Of a DNA stretch of 64,000 nt, positions 41,492 to 50,810 are shown in pieces; the stretch's first letter is position 1, and each line of letters starts with the position of its first letter. The notes beneath the pieces were generated by a model that was given only the letters and a program-made list of their open reading frames with translations, searched no databases and had not been told where the DNA came from. Position numbers and translations under genes: made by a program. Source of the stretch: an uncultured Spirochaetota bacterium (GTDB taxonomy: Bacteria; Spirochaetota; Spirochaetia; SZUA-6; Fen-1364); assembly GCA_963820525.1 (NCBI GenBank), contig CAWGAA010000003.1:128001-192000 (forward strand), written 5' to 3'.

Positions 41492-42067
41492 ATGAGAGTT
41501 GCGATCCTTTTCCTTGTCTTCTTCTGCGCCCTGATTCCCGCATGCTTTGCGGCCCCGACGTTCACTTTCACCGCGGACGCGGCCACTGATTTCTCTTCCC
41601 TTCCCTCGGCCGAGCAGGCCTTCAGCGGCATCGCCGACAACTTCCAGCCCCTCTGGGGATTCGGCTGGGAGATCGTGATGCGCCGCATCGGCTTCGGCGG
41701 AACGTATATGGTGGATTTCTTCCGCGACGACACCTCGCGCTGGGCCATGGACTGGTACGGGGAAGGGCTCTTCGTGAGCTACCACATCTTCGGCGGCGGG
41801 GCCTTCCTGGATCCCTTCATCCAGGCCGGAGCGGGATGCGCCGGGAGAGTGCTCCTCCACTCCACCGGCGCTCTCCAGCGGAGCCCCGACATATCGATCT
41901 TTCCGTTCCTCGCAGCCGGTCTCTCCCTGAACCTCGAGGGATTCCTCCTCGGGGCGAAGCTCAGCTACGTTCCCTTCCAGTCCGAGATACCCGTCACGGA
42001 TATCCCCGGCTATCCCGTGGAAAACTTCAAGATCACGATCTTCTCCGGCATCTCCCTGGGCCGCTGA
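41492..42067 (+). CDS. Small exported outer-membrane beta-barrel-like protein, divergent from the ECF gene
   Basis: GGAGG RBS, signal peptide, amphipathic strands (WGFGWEI, FLDPFIQAGAG, LLGAKLSY). Confidence 0.75.
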   Translation: MRVAILFLVFFCALIPACFAAPTFTFTADAATDFSSLPSAEQAFSGIADNFQPLWGFGWEIVMRRIGFGGTYMVDFFRDDTSRWAMDWYGEGLFVSYHIFGGGAFLDPFIQAGAGCAGRVLLHSTGALQRSPDISIFPFLAAGLSLNLEGFLLGAKLSYVPFQSEIPVTDIPGYPVENFKITIFSGISLGR

Positions 42068-42116
42068 GGCCTCCCGCCCTTTCCCGCGCTTCGGCATCCA
42101 TGCTACCATTGGGTGG

Positions 42117-43367
42117 ATGCCGAGGCATTTTGTCGGGTTCGGTTTCGGGCCCATCCAGATCGGACTCATGCTCACCGAGGCCGCGGAATCGGGAAACTTC
42201 GAAAGCTTCACGATCTCGGAGATCGACAGTGGCCTGGTGAGCGCGATCCGCGGAAACGGCGGCTCGCTCGCTGTCAACATTGCCGCACAGAGCGGGATCC
42301 GCAAGCGGGTCCTCTCCGGGGTCTCGATATTCAATCCCAACGTCGCGGAGGACAGGGCCGAAATCGGCCGCGCAATCCGCGAAGCCGACGAGCTTGCCAC
42401 CGCGGTGCCCAGCGTGAGCGCGTATGCCGCCGGCGGGCCGGCATCAATCGCCGCGCTCCTGGCGGCGAACATTACCCCTGACAAGCCGCGGATCCTCTAC
42501 GCCGCGGAGAACAACAACTTCGCCGCGGAGATCCTGCGCGCCGAGATAGTGAAAGTCGCTTCACCGGGCGCGCTTTCGCGCCTTCAGATCCTCGACACGG
42601 TGATCGGCAAGATGAGCGGCGTGATTTCCTCCCGCCAGGAGATGCGTTCCCTGGGGCTGGAGCCTTTAGCGCCCGGGCTGGACAGGTGCGTCCTGGTGGA
42701 AGAGTTCAACAGGATCCTCATCTCCCGCGTCACGCTGCCCGGCTTCCAGAGGGGCATCCGCGTGTTCGAGGAGAAAGACGACCTTCTGCCGTTCGAAGAG
42801 GCCAAGCTCTTCGGCCACAATGCCATCCACGCCCTCCTGGGATACCTTGCATGGACCCGGGGATACACCGTCATGAGCGAGATCCGCGGGGACGCCGGGC
42901 TTCTGGCGCTGGCAAGAAAGGCATTCCTGGAGGAATCGGGCGGCGCCCTCATCAGAAAGCACGACAAATCGGGGGATCCCCTCTTCACGCCGAAGGGCTA
43001 CAGGGAGTATGCCGAAGACCTCCTCGCGCGCATGACGAACCCCTACCTCCATGACAGGGTGGAGCGCATCATCCGCGACCCCGAGCGGAAGCTGGGCTAC
43101 TCGGACCGGCTCATCGGAACGATGCGAGAGACCTTGAAACAGGGCGTTGAGCCCAGGATCATGGCCGCGGGGGCTGCGGCGGCGGTACTGTTCGCGATGA
43201 ACGCGCGCGATGAATCCCGCAGGGCGAAACCGCACCCGGCGAAGCCCCCAGAATCAGCCGTCGAGGACTTCCTCCTTGACCTTTGGCGGAAGGAGCCCTC
43301 CGACGAGCATCGCCGGAGGTGCATCTCCATGGTGCAGCAGGCAATGCGGGACCTCGCGCTTCCCTGA
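42117..43367 (+). CDS. Mannitol-1-phosphate-dehydrogenase-like polyol dehydrogenase
   Basis: FGFGPIQIG, TAV, AAEN, K..GHN..HA, NPYLHDRVERIIRDPERKLGYSDRL. Confidence 0.75.
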   Translation: MPRHFVGFGFGPIQIGLMLTEAAESGNFESFTISEIDSGLVSAIRGNGGSLAVNIAAQSGIRKRVLSGVSIFNPNVAEDRAEIGRAIREADELATAVPSVSAYAAGGPASIAALLAANITPDKPRILYAAENNNFAAEILRAEIVKVASPGALSRLQILDTVIGKMSGVISSRQEMRSLGLEPLAPGLDRCVLVEEFNRILISRVTLPGFQRGIRVFEEKDDLLPFEEAKLFGHNAIHALLGYLAWTRGYTVMSEIRGDAGLLALARKAFLEESGGALIRKHDKSGDPLFTPKGYREYAEDLLARMTNPYLHDRVERIIRDPERKLGYSDRLIGTMRETLKQGVEPRIMAAGAAAAVLFAMNARDESRRAKPHPAKPPESAVEDFLLDLWRKEPSDEHRRRCISMVQQAMRDLALP

Positions 43368-43484
43368 GGGGACGCGCCGGGCCCCGGATCCGGGCATCGG
43401 TGCGCCTTGACGGGCCGCAGAGCTTTCTCTACCATCCCCTGTGGCCGGGCGCCGAGAGACCGCCCCTGGCCCGGGAGAAAACCC

Positions 43485-45257
43485 ATGGCGATCCGCAAAA
43501 CCAAGATTGTCTGCACCCTCGGCCCCGCCACGGAGAGCGTCCGCGTGCTGAAACAGCTCCTCCATGCGGGGATGAACGTCGCGCGTTTCAACATGGCCCA
43601 CGGCGACCACGACTACCACGCCGCGATGATGGCGCGCCTGCGCGAAGCGAGCAAGGCCACCGGCATCCCCGTGGCCCTCCTCATCGACATCAAGGGGCCC
43701 GAGATCCGCACGGGCGTCGTGGAGGCGGACGCGACGATCCAGCTTTCCACGGGAGACGCCGTCACCGTGACGGTGGACGACGAGCCCTGCACCGCCGGCC
43801 GCATCAGCATCACCTACAAGGATCTGCCGGACCAGATCTCGGCGGGCAAGCACATCCTGATCGCGGACGGGCTGATCGACCTCGAGGTGATCGGCGTGGA
43901 AGGCCGCGTGACGCGCTGCGTCGTGCGCTCGGGAGGGACCCTCGGCTCGCGCAAGAACGTGAACATCATCGGGATCAAGAGCAGGCTGCCCGCCGTCACG
44001 GAGAAGGACGTGGCGAACGTCGCCTTCGGCGTGAGCCAGGACATGGATTTCGTCGCCGCCTCCTTCGTTCGAAAGCCCGAGGATGTCCTGGAGATCCGCC
44101 AGCTCCTCCTGGCGAAGGGATCCCGGATGCAGATCGTCTCCAAGATCGAGGACGGGGAAGGCCTGGCCAACATCGACGACATCATTCGGGTGTCGGACGG
44201 CATCATGATCGCGCGGGGAGACCTCGGAGTTCAGCTCCCCACGGAGGAGATTCCCCTGGCGCAGAAGAGGATCATCCTGAAGTGCCACGAACAGAACAAG
44301 ACCGTGATCACGGCCACGCAGATGCTCGACTCGATGATCGTCAACCCCAAGCCCACCCGGGCGGAAGCCACCGACGTGGCCAACGCCATCTTCGACGGCT
44401 CGGACGCCGTGATGCTCTCCGGAGAGACGGCGAGCGGAAAGTTCCCCGTGCTGGCCGTCCAGACAATGGACCGCATCGCCCGGGCTTCCGAAGACTCTCC
44501 GGAGTACGAGTCGCGGGTTCGGCGATTCTTCCGTCTGGAGGAGAAGGAGGAAGACACGGCCCAGGCCGTTGCCCGGGCGGCCTACATGGTGGCGCGCGAG
44601 ATCGGGGCCGCGGCCATCCTGGCGCCCACGATCCACGGCACCACCCCGAAGCTGATCAGCAAGTACCGCCCCGCGGCCATCGTCCTCGCGGTCACGCCCT
44701 CCGAGGCCGTTCAGCGCAAGCTCCTCCTCTACTGGGGAGTGGTCCCCCTCATCGCAGATATCGGGGAGAACACGGACGAGATGCTGAACAATGCGCTCCA
44801 GGCGGCGCTCGACAAGGGGCTTGTGAAGAACGCGCAGAGGGTCGTGATCCTCGCCGGAGTGCCCGTCCGCTCGCCGGCGATGCTCAACATGATCCGCGTC
44901 CACTTCATCGGAAACGTGCTGAACAAGGGCAAGCGCGGCTTCGGGGGATATCGAGCCGGCAGGGTGGTGAAGGTGATCGACGCGCTGGACGCCGAGCTCC
45001 GCCTCAAGCACGACGGGACCGAGATCCTCCTGGTCAAGTTCCTCACCCCCGATTTCCTGCCGCTCCTGAAGGGCGTGGCGGGAATAATCATCGAGCAGTC
45101 CTCCTACTTAAGCGAAGAGCAGATCAAGTCGGTGGAGCCCGCGGTCGTCGCCATCGCGGAGGTTCCCGAGGCGGTGCAGAGCCTCGAGGACGGCATCACC
45201 GTCACCCTCCACGGCGACGAGTTTGTCATCTACGAGGGAGTGCTCACCAGCAGCTAG
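43485..45257 (+). CDS. pyk: Pyruvate kinase with C-terminal swivel-like extension
   Basis: KTKIVCTLGP, ARFN..HG, DIKGPEIRTG, SKIE, GIMIARGDLG, ATQMLDSM..PTRAE, MLSGETA. Confidence 0.97.
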   Translation: MAIRKTKIVCTLGPATESVRVLKQLLHAGMNVARFNMAHGDHDYHAAMMARLREASKATGIPVALLIDIKGPEIRTGVVEADATIQLSTGDAVTVTVDDEPCTAGRISITYKDLPDQISAGKHILIADGLIDLEVIGVEGRVTRCVVRSGGTLGSRKNVNIIGIKSRLPAVTEKDVANVAFGVSQDMDFVAASFVRKPEDVLEIRQLLLAKGSRMQIVSKIEDGEGLANIDDIIRVSDGIMIARGDLGVQLPTEEIPLAQKRIILKCHEQNKTVITATQMLDSMIVNPKPTRAEATDVANAIFDGSDAVMLSGETASGKFPVLAVQTMDRIARASEDSPEYESRVRRFFRLEEKEEDTAQAVARAAYMVAREIGAAAILAPTIHGTTPKLISKYRPAAIVLAVTPSEAVQRKLLLYWGVVPLIADIGENTDEMLNNALQAALDKGLVKNAQRVVILAGVPVRSPAMLNMIRVHFIGNVLNKGKRGFGGYRAGRVVKVIDALDAELRLKHDGTEILLVKFLTPDFLPLLKGVAGIIIEQSSYLSEEQIKSVEPAVVAIAEVPEAVQSLEDGITVTLHGDEFVIYEGVLTSS

Positions 45258-45260
45258 CTC

Positions 45261-46490
45261 TCAAGAGCGCACCCATCGGGCGATCTCCGCCAGCCTGAAC
45301 CTCTTTCCCGTCATGAGTATCCCCACGCGAAAGATCTTCGCCGACAGGAAAGCCACCAGCGCGATCGTCGCGGCAAGGAGCGCGATGCAAAGAGCGATCT
45401 GCCAGGACGGGACCGCTCCCATCACGATTCGCAGGAACATCACCACGGGGGCGGTGAGGGGAAAGAGGGAAAGGGCCACGGCGAGGGGAGCGGCGGGGTT
45501 CATGATGATGGGCGTGATCATCACCACCGGAACCAGGAGGAAGATGACGACCGGCCAGCCGAGCTGGCTCAGGTGCTGCTCGTCCTGGGCGGCGGAGCCG
45601 AGGGCCGCGTAGAGGCTGGAAAAAAGAAGGAAGCCGAGCAGAAAAAAGAGCACGAGGTACAGGAGCGTGGCCGGCGTGATGGCCAGGTTGAGGGCCACTC
45701 CCAGCCGCCCGCCGAAAGCCGCGAGAAAGCCCGCGGTCATGAGAACCCAGACCGCGTACTGCAGCATGGCCGCAAGAGCCTTGCCGAGTATTTTCCCGTA
45801 GAGGATATCCAGAGGCTTCACCGAGGAGAGCAGGATCTCAACGGTCCTGGACGTCCTCTCCATGAGGACGGCGCGCCCCGTTGCCTGGCCGTAGAGCTGG
45901 ATCGAGAAATAGAGCAGGAGCACGAGGGAGACGGCGGTGAAAAGCAGCATGAGAAAATCGCGGCCATCCGCGCTGCCCGCACCGCCGAGCTGCCTGGTCT
46001 CTATCGTGGGAGGCTCGAGGAGAGAGGCGATTTTCTCCGCGGGAAAACCCGCGTCCTCCAGGCGCAATGCCACCACGGACTTTCCAACCGCGGACTCCAG
46101 CGCGCTTATGATGCGGAAGTCGACGGCGCCGCGCGAAACGTACTCGAGCCGGGTGGCGGTCTCCAGGTGGTCGGGAAGCACGATGTAGCCGTCCAGAGCG
46201 CCCTCCTTGACCAGCCCCTCCATGGCCTGCGGGGAGGCCTGAACGTCGACCACGCGGATCCCCGCGCGAAGGAGCGCGGGCTCCACGCCGTCGAGGAAGC
46301 GCTGATCCGCGTTGGCGAAAGCGATCGAAAGCCTGGCGCTCCCCTGCCCTCCACGCGCCGCAAGCAGGCCGGGAAGGACGCTCAAGGCCACGATGAGGAG
46401 GGGCCCCAGGATGGTGAGCAGGACGAATGCCCTGTTGGCCGCCGTGAGCTTGAACTCCATGCGGGTTATCCTGGCCAGCTTGCTAGCCAT
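45261..46490 (-). CDS. ABC-2 exporter permease (NatB/YhaP-like)
   Basis: ERTSRTVEILLSSV..GKILG, LYAALGS, PLTAPVVMFLR, AKIFRVGILMTG. Confidence 0.9.
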   Translation of the reverse strand: MASKLARITRMEFKLTAANRAFVLLTILGPLLIVALSVLPGLLAARGGQGSARLSIAFANADQRFLDGVEPALLRAGIRVVDVQASPQAMEGLVKEGALDGYIVLPDHLETATRLEYVSRGAVDFRIISALESAVGKSVVALRLEDAGFPAEKIASLLEPPTIETRQLGGAGSADGRDFLMLLFTAVSLVLLLYFSIQLYGQATGRAVLMERTSRTVEILLSSVKPLDILYGKILGKALAAMLQYAVWVLMTAGFLAAFGGRLGVALNLAITPATLLYLVLFFLLGFLLFSSLYAALGSAAQDEQHLSQLGWPVVIFLLVPVVMITPIIMNPAAPLAVALSLFPLTAPVVMFLRIVMGAVPSWQIALCIALLAATIALVAFLSAKIFRVGILMTGKRFRLAEIARWVRS

Positions 46491-47388
46491 CCCGCGTCCC
46501 CCTTCGCCCCAGCTTCTCCACGAAGATCCTGTGGAGGGAGGGGCCGACGATCTCGAATCGGCGCACCGCCGCCTGGGCGGCGATGCCCATGAGCAGCTCC
46601 TGGGGGTTCGCCCCAGCGGCAGGCTCGATCTCCACCCATCGGGGGTAGCGGGTGATATTCCTGATCAGGGACGAAAGCCTCGAAAAATCGACGTTTCCAT
46701 CGAACTCGACGACGACCGTGTTCCTCCCATGGCGGTCCTTCACCTCGGCCATGGTTCCCGAGATCACCTCGCGGCCCCGATCCATGACGAGGATCCGCGT
46801 GCAGAGCTTTTCAGCGACATCCATGTTGTGGGTTGAAAAGAGAATGGTCTTCCCCTTTGCCGCAAGCTCCAGAACCGCTTCACGGAGCACGTCGCTCGCC
46901 ACGGGATCGAGGCCGGTGAAGGGCTCGTCGAGGAAGAGGAACTGCGGGTCATGGGCGACGGAGGCGATGAACTGCACCTTCTGGGCCATGCCCTTGGAAA
47001 GCTCCTCGCACCTGCAGAGCTTCCAGTCCGAGATGTCGAAGCGCTCGAGCCAGCCGTCTATCCCCCGCTGCGCCCGGCGCGGGTCCGCGCTCTTCAGGCC
47101 GGCCAGGTAGAGGAGCATCTCGTTGACCCTGACCCTGCGGTACAGCCCCCGCTCCTCGGGAAGGTAGCCGATCCTGTCCTTGTCCGCCTCCGCGATGCGC
47201 CTGCCGTCGAACAGGATGGAGCCCGAGTCCGGCGCCAGGATGTTCATGATCATCTTGATCGTGGTGGATTTGCCCGCGCCATTCGGTCCCAGGAGGCCGA
47301 ATATCTCGCTCTCCGTCGTGGAGAACGATATGCCGTCCACGGCGCGCACCTCGCCGAAGCGTTTCCGTACTTCTTTCAGCTCGACCAT
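46483..47388 (-). CDS. ABC exporter ATPase (NatA/YhaQ-like)
   Basis: GPNGAGKST, GYLPEERGLY, LSKGMAQKVQ, LDEPFTGLDP. Confidence 0.93.
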   Translation of the reverse strand: MVELKEVRKRFGEVRAVDGISFSTTESEIFGLLGPNGAGKSTTIKMIMNILAPDSGSILFDGRRIAEADKDRIGYLPEERGLYRRVRVNEMLLYLAGLKSADPRRAQRGIDGWLERFDISDWKLCRCEELSKGMAQKVQFIASVAHDPQFLFLDEPFTGLDPVASDVLREAVLELAAKGKTILFSTHNMDVAEKLCTRILVMDRGREVISGTMAEVKDRHGRNTVVVEFDGNVDFSRLSSLIRNITRYPRWVEIEPAAGANPQELLMGIAAQAAVRRFEIVGPSLHRIFVEKLGRRGTRDG

Positions 47389-47400
47389 GGGATGCCGAGC

Positions 47401-48513
47401 TTACTCGCCCATGGAGCGGGCAAGCTCCTCGACGAGCTTCCTCTGATCCGCGCTCAGGCGGCCGGGAATTGCGACTTTCATAGTGACCAGTTCATCTCCT
47501 GCGCCGCCGCCGCGCAGCTCCGGCATCCCCTTTCCCCGGAGACGGAAAACGGAGCCGCTCTGCGTCCCCGGCGGGATTTTCATCACCACTCCGCCGTTGA
47601 GCGTCGGCACCCGGATCTCCGTGCCGAGGATTGCCTTGGGGAGGCTGATGGAGACCTCGGTATGCAGATCGCTTCCCTGGCGCTGGAAGGAAGGGTGAGG
47701 CTGGACTTCGACCACGACAAAAAGATCTCCCTTCCCTTTCGCGCCGGGCTCACCCTCCCCCCGCATCCGCAGGCGCGAGCCCGAGTCGACGCCCGGCGGT
47801 ATCGTGACGGTGAGGGTGCGGGTCACCCTGATTCTGCCTTCCCCGTGACACTCCGCGCACGGGGTCTGGACCACGGTCCCGGTCCCGCCGCAGCGGGGAC
47901 AGGTCTGGGCCATCTGGAAGATCCCGCTCGTCACCACCTTTTTCCCCGAGCCTTTGCACTCGGGGCATTTGGTCCTGCTGGTGCCCGGCTTGGCTCCGCT
48001 TCCCTTGCAGACGGGGCAGGTCTCGAATCTCGGCACCGAGATGGTCTTCTCGGTCCCCCGGAATGCCTCATCCAGGGTGACCGCGACTGCGATCTCCAGG
48101 TTCCTCCCCCGGGCGGCCGCGGCGCTCTCGCCCTGCCGTCCGCGCCTGCCGAACAGGTCGAAACCCAGATCTCCGAAGAGGTTCTCGAAGAAGCCGCCGC
48201 CCAGCCCGAAGTCCCCCATGCCCTCGAACACGCTGGAGAAATCCGTGCCCCGGTAGATGTCCTCGTAGGCGTACTTCTGATCGATCCCGGAGTGACCGTA
48301 CTGGTCGTAAAGGGCGCGCTTCTGGGGATCCGAGAGCACTGCGTACGCCTCGGAAATCTCCTTGAATCTCTCCTCCGCCTCTTTCTTCTTTTCCTGCGGA
48401 ACGCGGTCGGGGTGGTGGCGCAGCGCCAGCTCCCGGTAGGCTTTCTTGATGTCCTCGCTGGTGGCGTTCTTCTTGACGCCGAGAATCTCGTAATAGTCTC
48501 TTTTTGACGACAT
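47401..48513 (-). CDS. dnaJ: Chaperone DnaJ
   Basis: [13 protein letters not shown] region, four CxxCxGxG repeats, C-terminal domain. Confidence 0.97.
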   Translation of the reverse strand: MSSKRDYYEILGVKKNATSEDIKKAYRELALRHHPDRVPQEKKKEAEERFKEISEAYAVLSDPQKRALYDQYGHSGIDQKYAYEDIYRGTDFSSVFEGMGDFGLGGGFFENLFGDLGFDLFGRRGRQGESAAAARGRNLEIAVAVTLDEAFRGTEKTISVPRFETCPVCKGSGAKPGTSRTKCPECKGSGKKVVTSGIFQMAQTCPRCGGTGTVVQTPCAECHGEGRIRVTRTLTVTIPPGVDSGSRLRMRGEGEPGAKGKGDLFVVVEVQPHPSFQRQGSDLHTEVSISLPKAILGTEIRVPTLNGGVVMKIPPGTQSGSVFRLRGKGMPELRGGGAGDELVTMKVAIPGRLSADQRKLVEELARSMGE

Positions 48514-48561
48514 AGGGTTCGAGGCCGCCGCCGGGGGCGGGCGGCCTCTCAACGCCCCCTC

Positions 48562-50484
48562 TTATTTTTTCTCCTCGCGGAACTCGGCGTCTATGACGTC
48601 GTCCTTGTCCTTCTTGGCCTGTTCCTGGGCTCCCTGCGCGCCCTGCTCTCCGCCGGGCTCGCCGCCGGCTGCCCCTCCGGGCTGCTGTCGGCCGGCGCCG
48701 CTCTGCTTGTAGACCTCCTCGGCCAGCTTGTGGGAGGCCTGGGTGAGCTCGTCCATTCCCCTCTTGATGCGGTCCGTATTCTTGTCCTTGATCGCCTGCT
48801 TCAGATCGTTGAGCTTCACCTCGATCTGCGCCCTCTCCGCCTGGCTCACCTTGTCGCCGTAGTCCTTGAGGGATTTCTCCACGGAGTACGCAAGGGTGTC
48901 GGCCTGGTTGACCAGCTCCACCTCTTCCTTCTTCTTGGAGTCCTCGGACGCGAACTGCTCCGCCTGGCGGACCATCTTCTCGATCTCTTCCTTGGAGAGC
49001 TTCTTGGGCGCCGTTATCTTGATGGACTGCTGTTTGCCCGTACCCAGGTCCTTGGCGGAAACGCTCACGATGCCGTTGGCGTCGATGTCGAAGGCCACCT
49101 CCACCTGCGGTACACCGCGGGGCGCCGGGGGAATACCCACCAGGTTGAACCGGCCAAGCTCGACGTTGTCGTTGGCCATCGGCCGCTCACCCTGAAGAAC
49201 CCGGATGGTCACCTCGGTCTGGTTGTCCGCGGCCGTGGAGAAGATCTCGCTCTTCCTCGTGGGGATCGTGGTGTTGCGATCGATGAGCTTGGTGAGCACG
49301 CCGCCGAGGGTCTCGATTCCCAGGGACAGCGGGGTCACGTCGAGGAGCAGGATGTCCTTGACCTCTCCCTTTATGATGGAGGCCTGGATGGCGGCGCCCA
49401 TGGCAACACACTCCATGGGGTCGACGCCGCGCTCGATCTTCTTGCCGAAGAAATCCTCGACGAACTTCGCCACGATGGGCATCCGCGTTGGGCCGCCCAC
49501 CATGATGATCTTGTCGATATCGGCTCCGCTTTCGTTGAACTGGACCCCGTCCTTGGAGAAGGCCGCCCGGGAGTCCTTGAGCGCCATCTCCAGGGGGCCG
49601 CGGCAGCGCTGGACGATGGGGGCGATCAGCTCTTCCAGCTTTGCCCTATTCACGCTCATGGTGAGGTGCTTGGGGCCGCTCGCGTCCGCCGTGATGAAGG
49701 GCAGGTTGATGTCCGTGGTGAGGGTGCTGGAAAGTTCCACCTTGGCCTTCTCCGCCGCCTCTCGCACCCGCTGCATGGCCATCGTGTCCTTCTTGAGGTC
49801 GATGCCGGTCTGGCGCTGGAACTCCCTGACGATGTAATCCACGAAGGCATTGTCCATGTCGGTGCCGCCGAGCTGGGTATCACCGCTTGTGGCGACCACC
49901 TTGAACCCGCCCTCCTTCCACATCTCCATGATCGTGACGTCGAGGGTTCCGCCCCCGAGGTCGAACACGAGGATCTTCAGCTCCCGCCCGGCCTTCTCCA
50001 GGCCGTAGGCGAGACAGGCGGCGGTCGGCTCGTTGATGATGCGAAGAACTTTCAAGCCGGCGATCTCCCCGGCGTCCTTGGTGGCCGTACGCTGGTTGTC
50101 GTCGAAGTAGGCGGGACAGGTGATGACGACTTCCTCCACGGTATCTCCAAGGTACGCCTCGGCGTCCTGCTTGATCTTCTGCAGAATGTATGCCGAGATC
50201 TGCTGAGGGGTGTACTCCTTGCCGAACACATGGAACTTGTGGTCCGTGCCCATCTTCCGCTTGGCAGCGTAGATCGTGCCATCCGGGTTGATTGCCGCCT
50301 GGCGCCGCGCCGGCTCGCCCACGAGCCTGTCGCCGTCCTTCGTGAAGGCGACGAACGAGGGGAACGCCTTTCCGGAAGAGACCCCGGCCCCCTCAGCCGA
50401 GGGGAGGATCACGGGCCTGCCGCCCTCCATGACGGCCGCCGCCGAGTTCGAGGTTCCCAGGTCGATTCCAATCACTCGTGCCAT
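48562..50484 (-). CDS. dnaK: Chaperone DnaK (archaeal/monoderm-type, no diderm insert)
   Basis: [53 protein letters not shown]. Confidence 0.98.
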   Translation of the reverse strand: MARVIGIDLGTSNSAAAVMEGGRPVILPSAEGAGVSSGKAFPSFVAFTKDGDRLVGEPARRQAAINPDGTIYAAKRKMGTDHKFHVFGKEYTPQQISAYILQKIKQDAEAYLGDTVEEVVITCPAYFDDNQRTATKDAGEIAGLKVLRIINEPTAACLAYGLEKAGRELKILVFDLGGGTLDVTIMEMWKEGGFKVVATSGDTQLGGTDMDNAFVDYIVREFQRQTGIDLKKDTMAMQRVREAAEKAKVELSSTLTTDINLPFITADASGPKHLTMSVNRAKLEELIAPIVQRCRGPLEMALKDSRAAFSKDGVQFNESGADIDKIIMVGGPTRMPIVAKFVEDFFGKKIERGVDPMECVAMGAAIQASIIKGEVKDILLLDVTPLSLGIETLGGVLTKLIDRNTTIPTRKSEIFSTAADNQTEVTIRVLQGERPMANDNVELGRFNLVGIPPAPRGVPQVEVAFDIDANGIVSVSAKDLGTGKQQSIKITAPKKLSKEEIEKMVRQAEQFASEDSKKKEEVELVNQADTLAYSVEKSLKDYGDKVSQAERAQIEVKLNDLKQAIKDKNTDRIKRGMDELTQASHKLAEEVYKQSGAGRQQPGGAAGGEPGGEQGAQGAQEQAKKDKDDVIDAEFREEKK

Positions 50485-50810
50485 CTTTCCTCACTCCTTG
50501 TCTCCGCAGTTATGCGTTTCGTTTTCGATCTCTTGGAGAGCGCTGCATGGCCGCAGGGCGCGATCGCCGGCAGCCAGCTCGAACCTCCCGCTTTTGCCGC
50601 CCCCCGCGCCTCCTCGCGTTTCGAGGACATATGCCTGCCTTCTTCTTTCGGGCTAGAGCTTCGCGTGAGACGTTTGGCTGATCAAAAAGGTAAGAACAAA
50701 GGGTAGGGAAGTCAAGAGCACTTCCGGCTCCGGCGCTTGGCGGGCTCGGGGCGCGTGAAGAGCAGCGTGCGGCTCGACGCTTCGCGCAAAAACCGCTACC
50801 ATCCGGGACC

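Noticed and set aside
44900..45257. Phosphotransfer function for the pyruvate kinase C-terminal domain
   Set aside because: Such extensions are known in other Pyk proteins, and the TSH phospho-His motif is absent here.
50570..50592. GGTTCGAG T-loop-like motif on the minus strand (tRNA fragment?)
   Set aside because: The flanks do not form a T-stem and no cloverleaf is present.
48730..50706. 658-aa antisense ORF opposite dnaK, and similar long shadow ORFs opposite pyk, GH3 and GH13
   Set aside because: Stop-free antisense frames are expected in high-GC coding DNA, and these show no motifs.
50690..50730. CIRCE element upstream of dnaK
   Set aside because: Only a GGAAGT..ACTTCC dyad over a TTGACT box; no TTAGCACTC-N9-GAGTGCTAA match.
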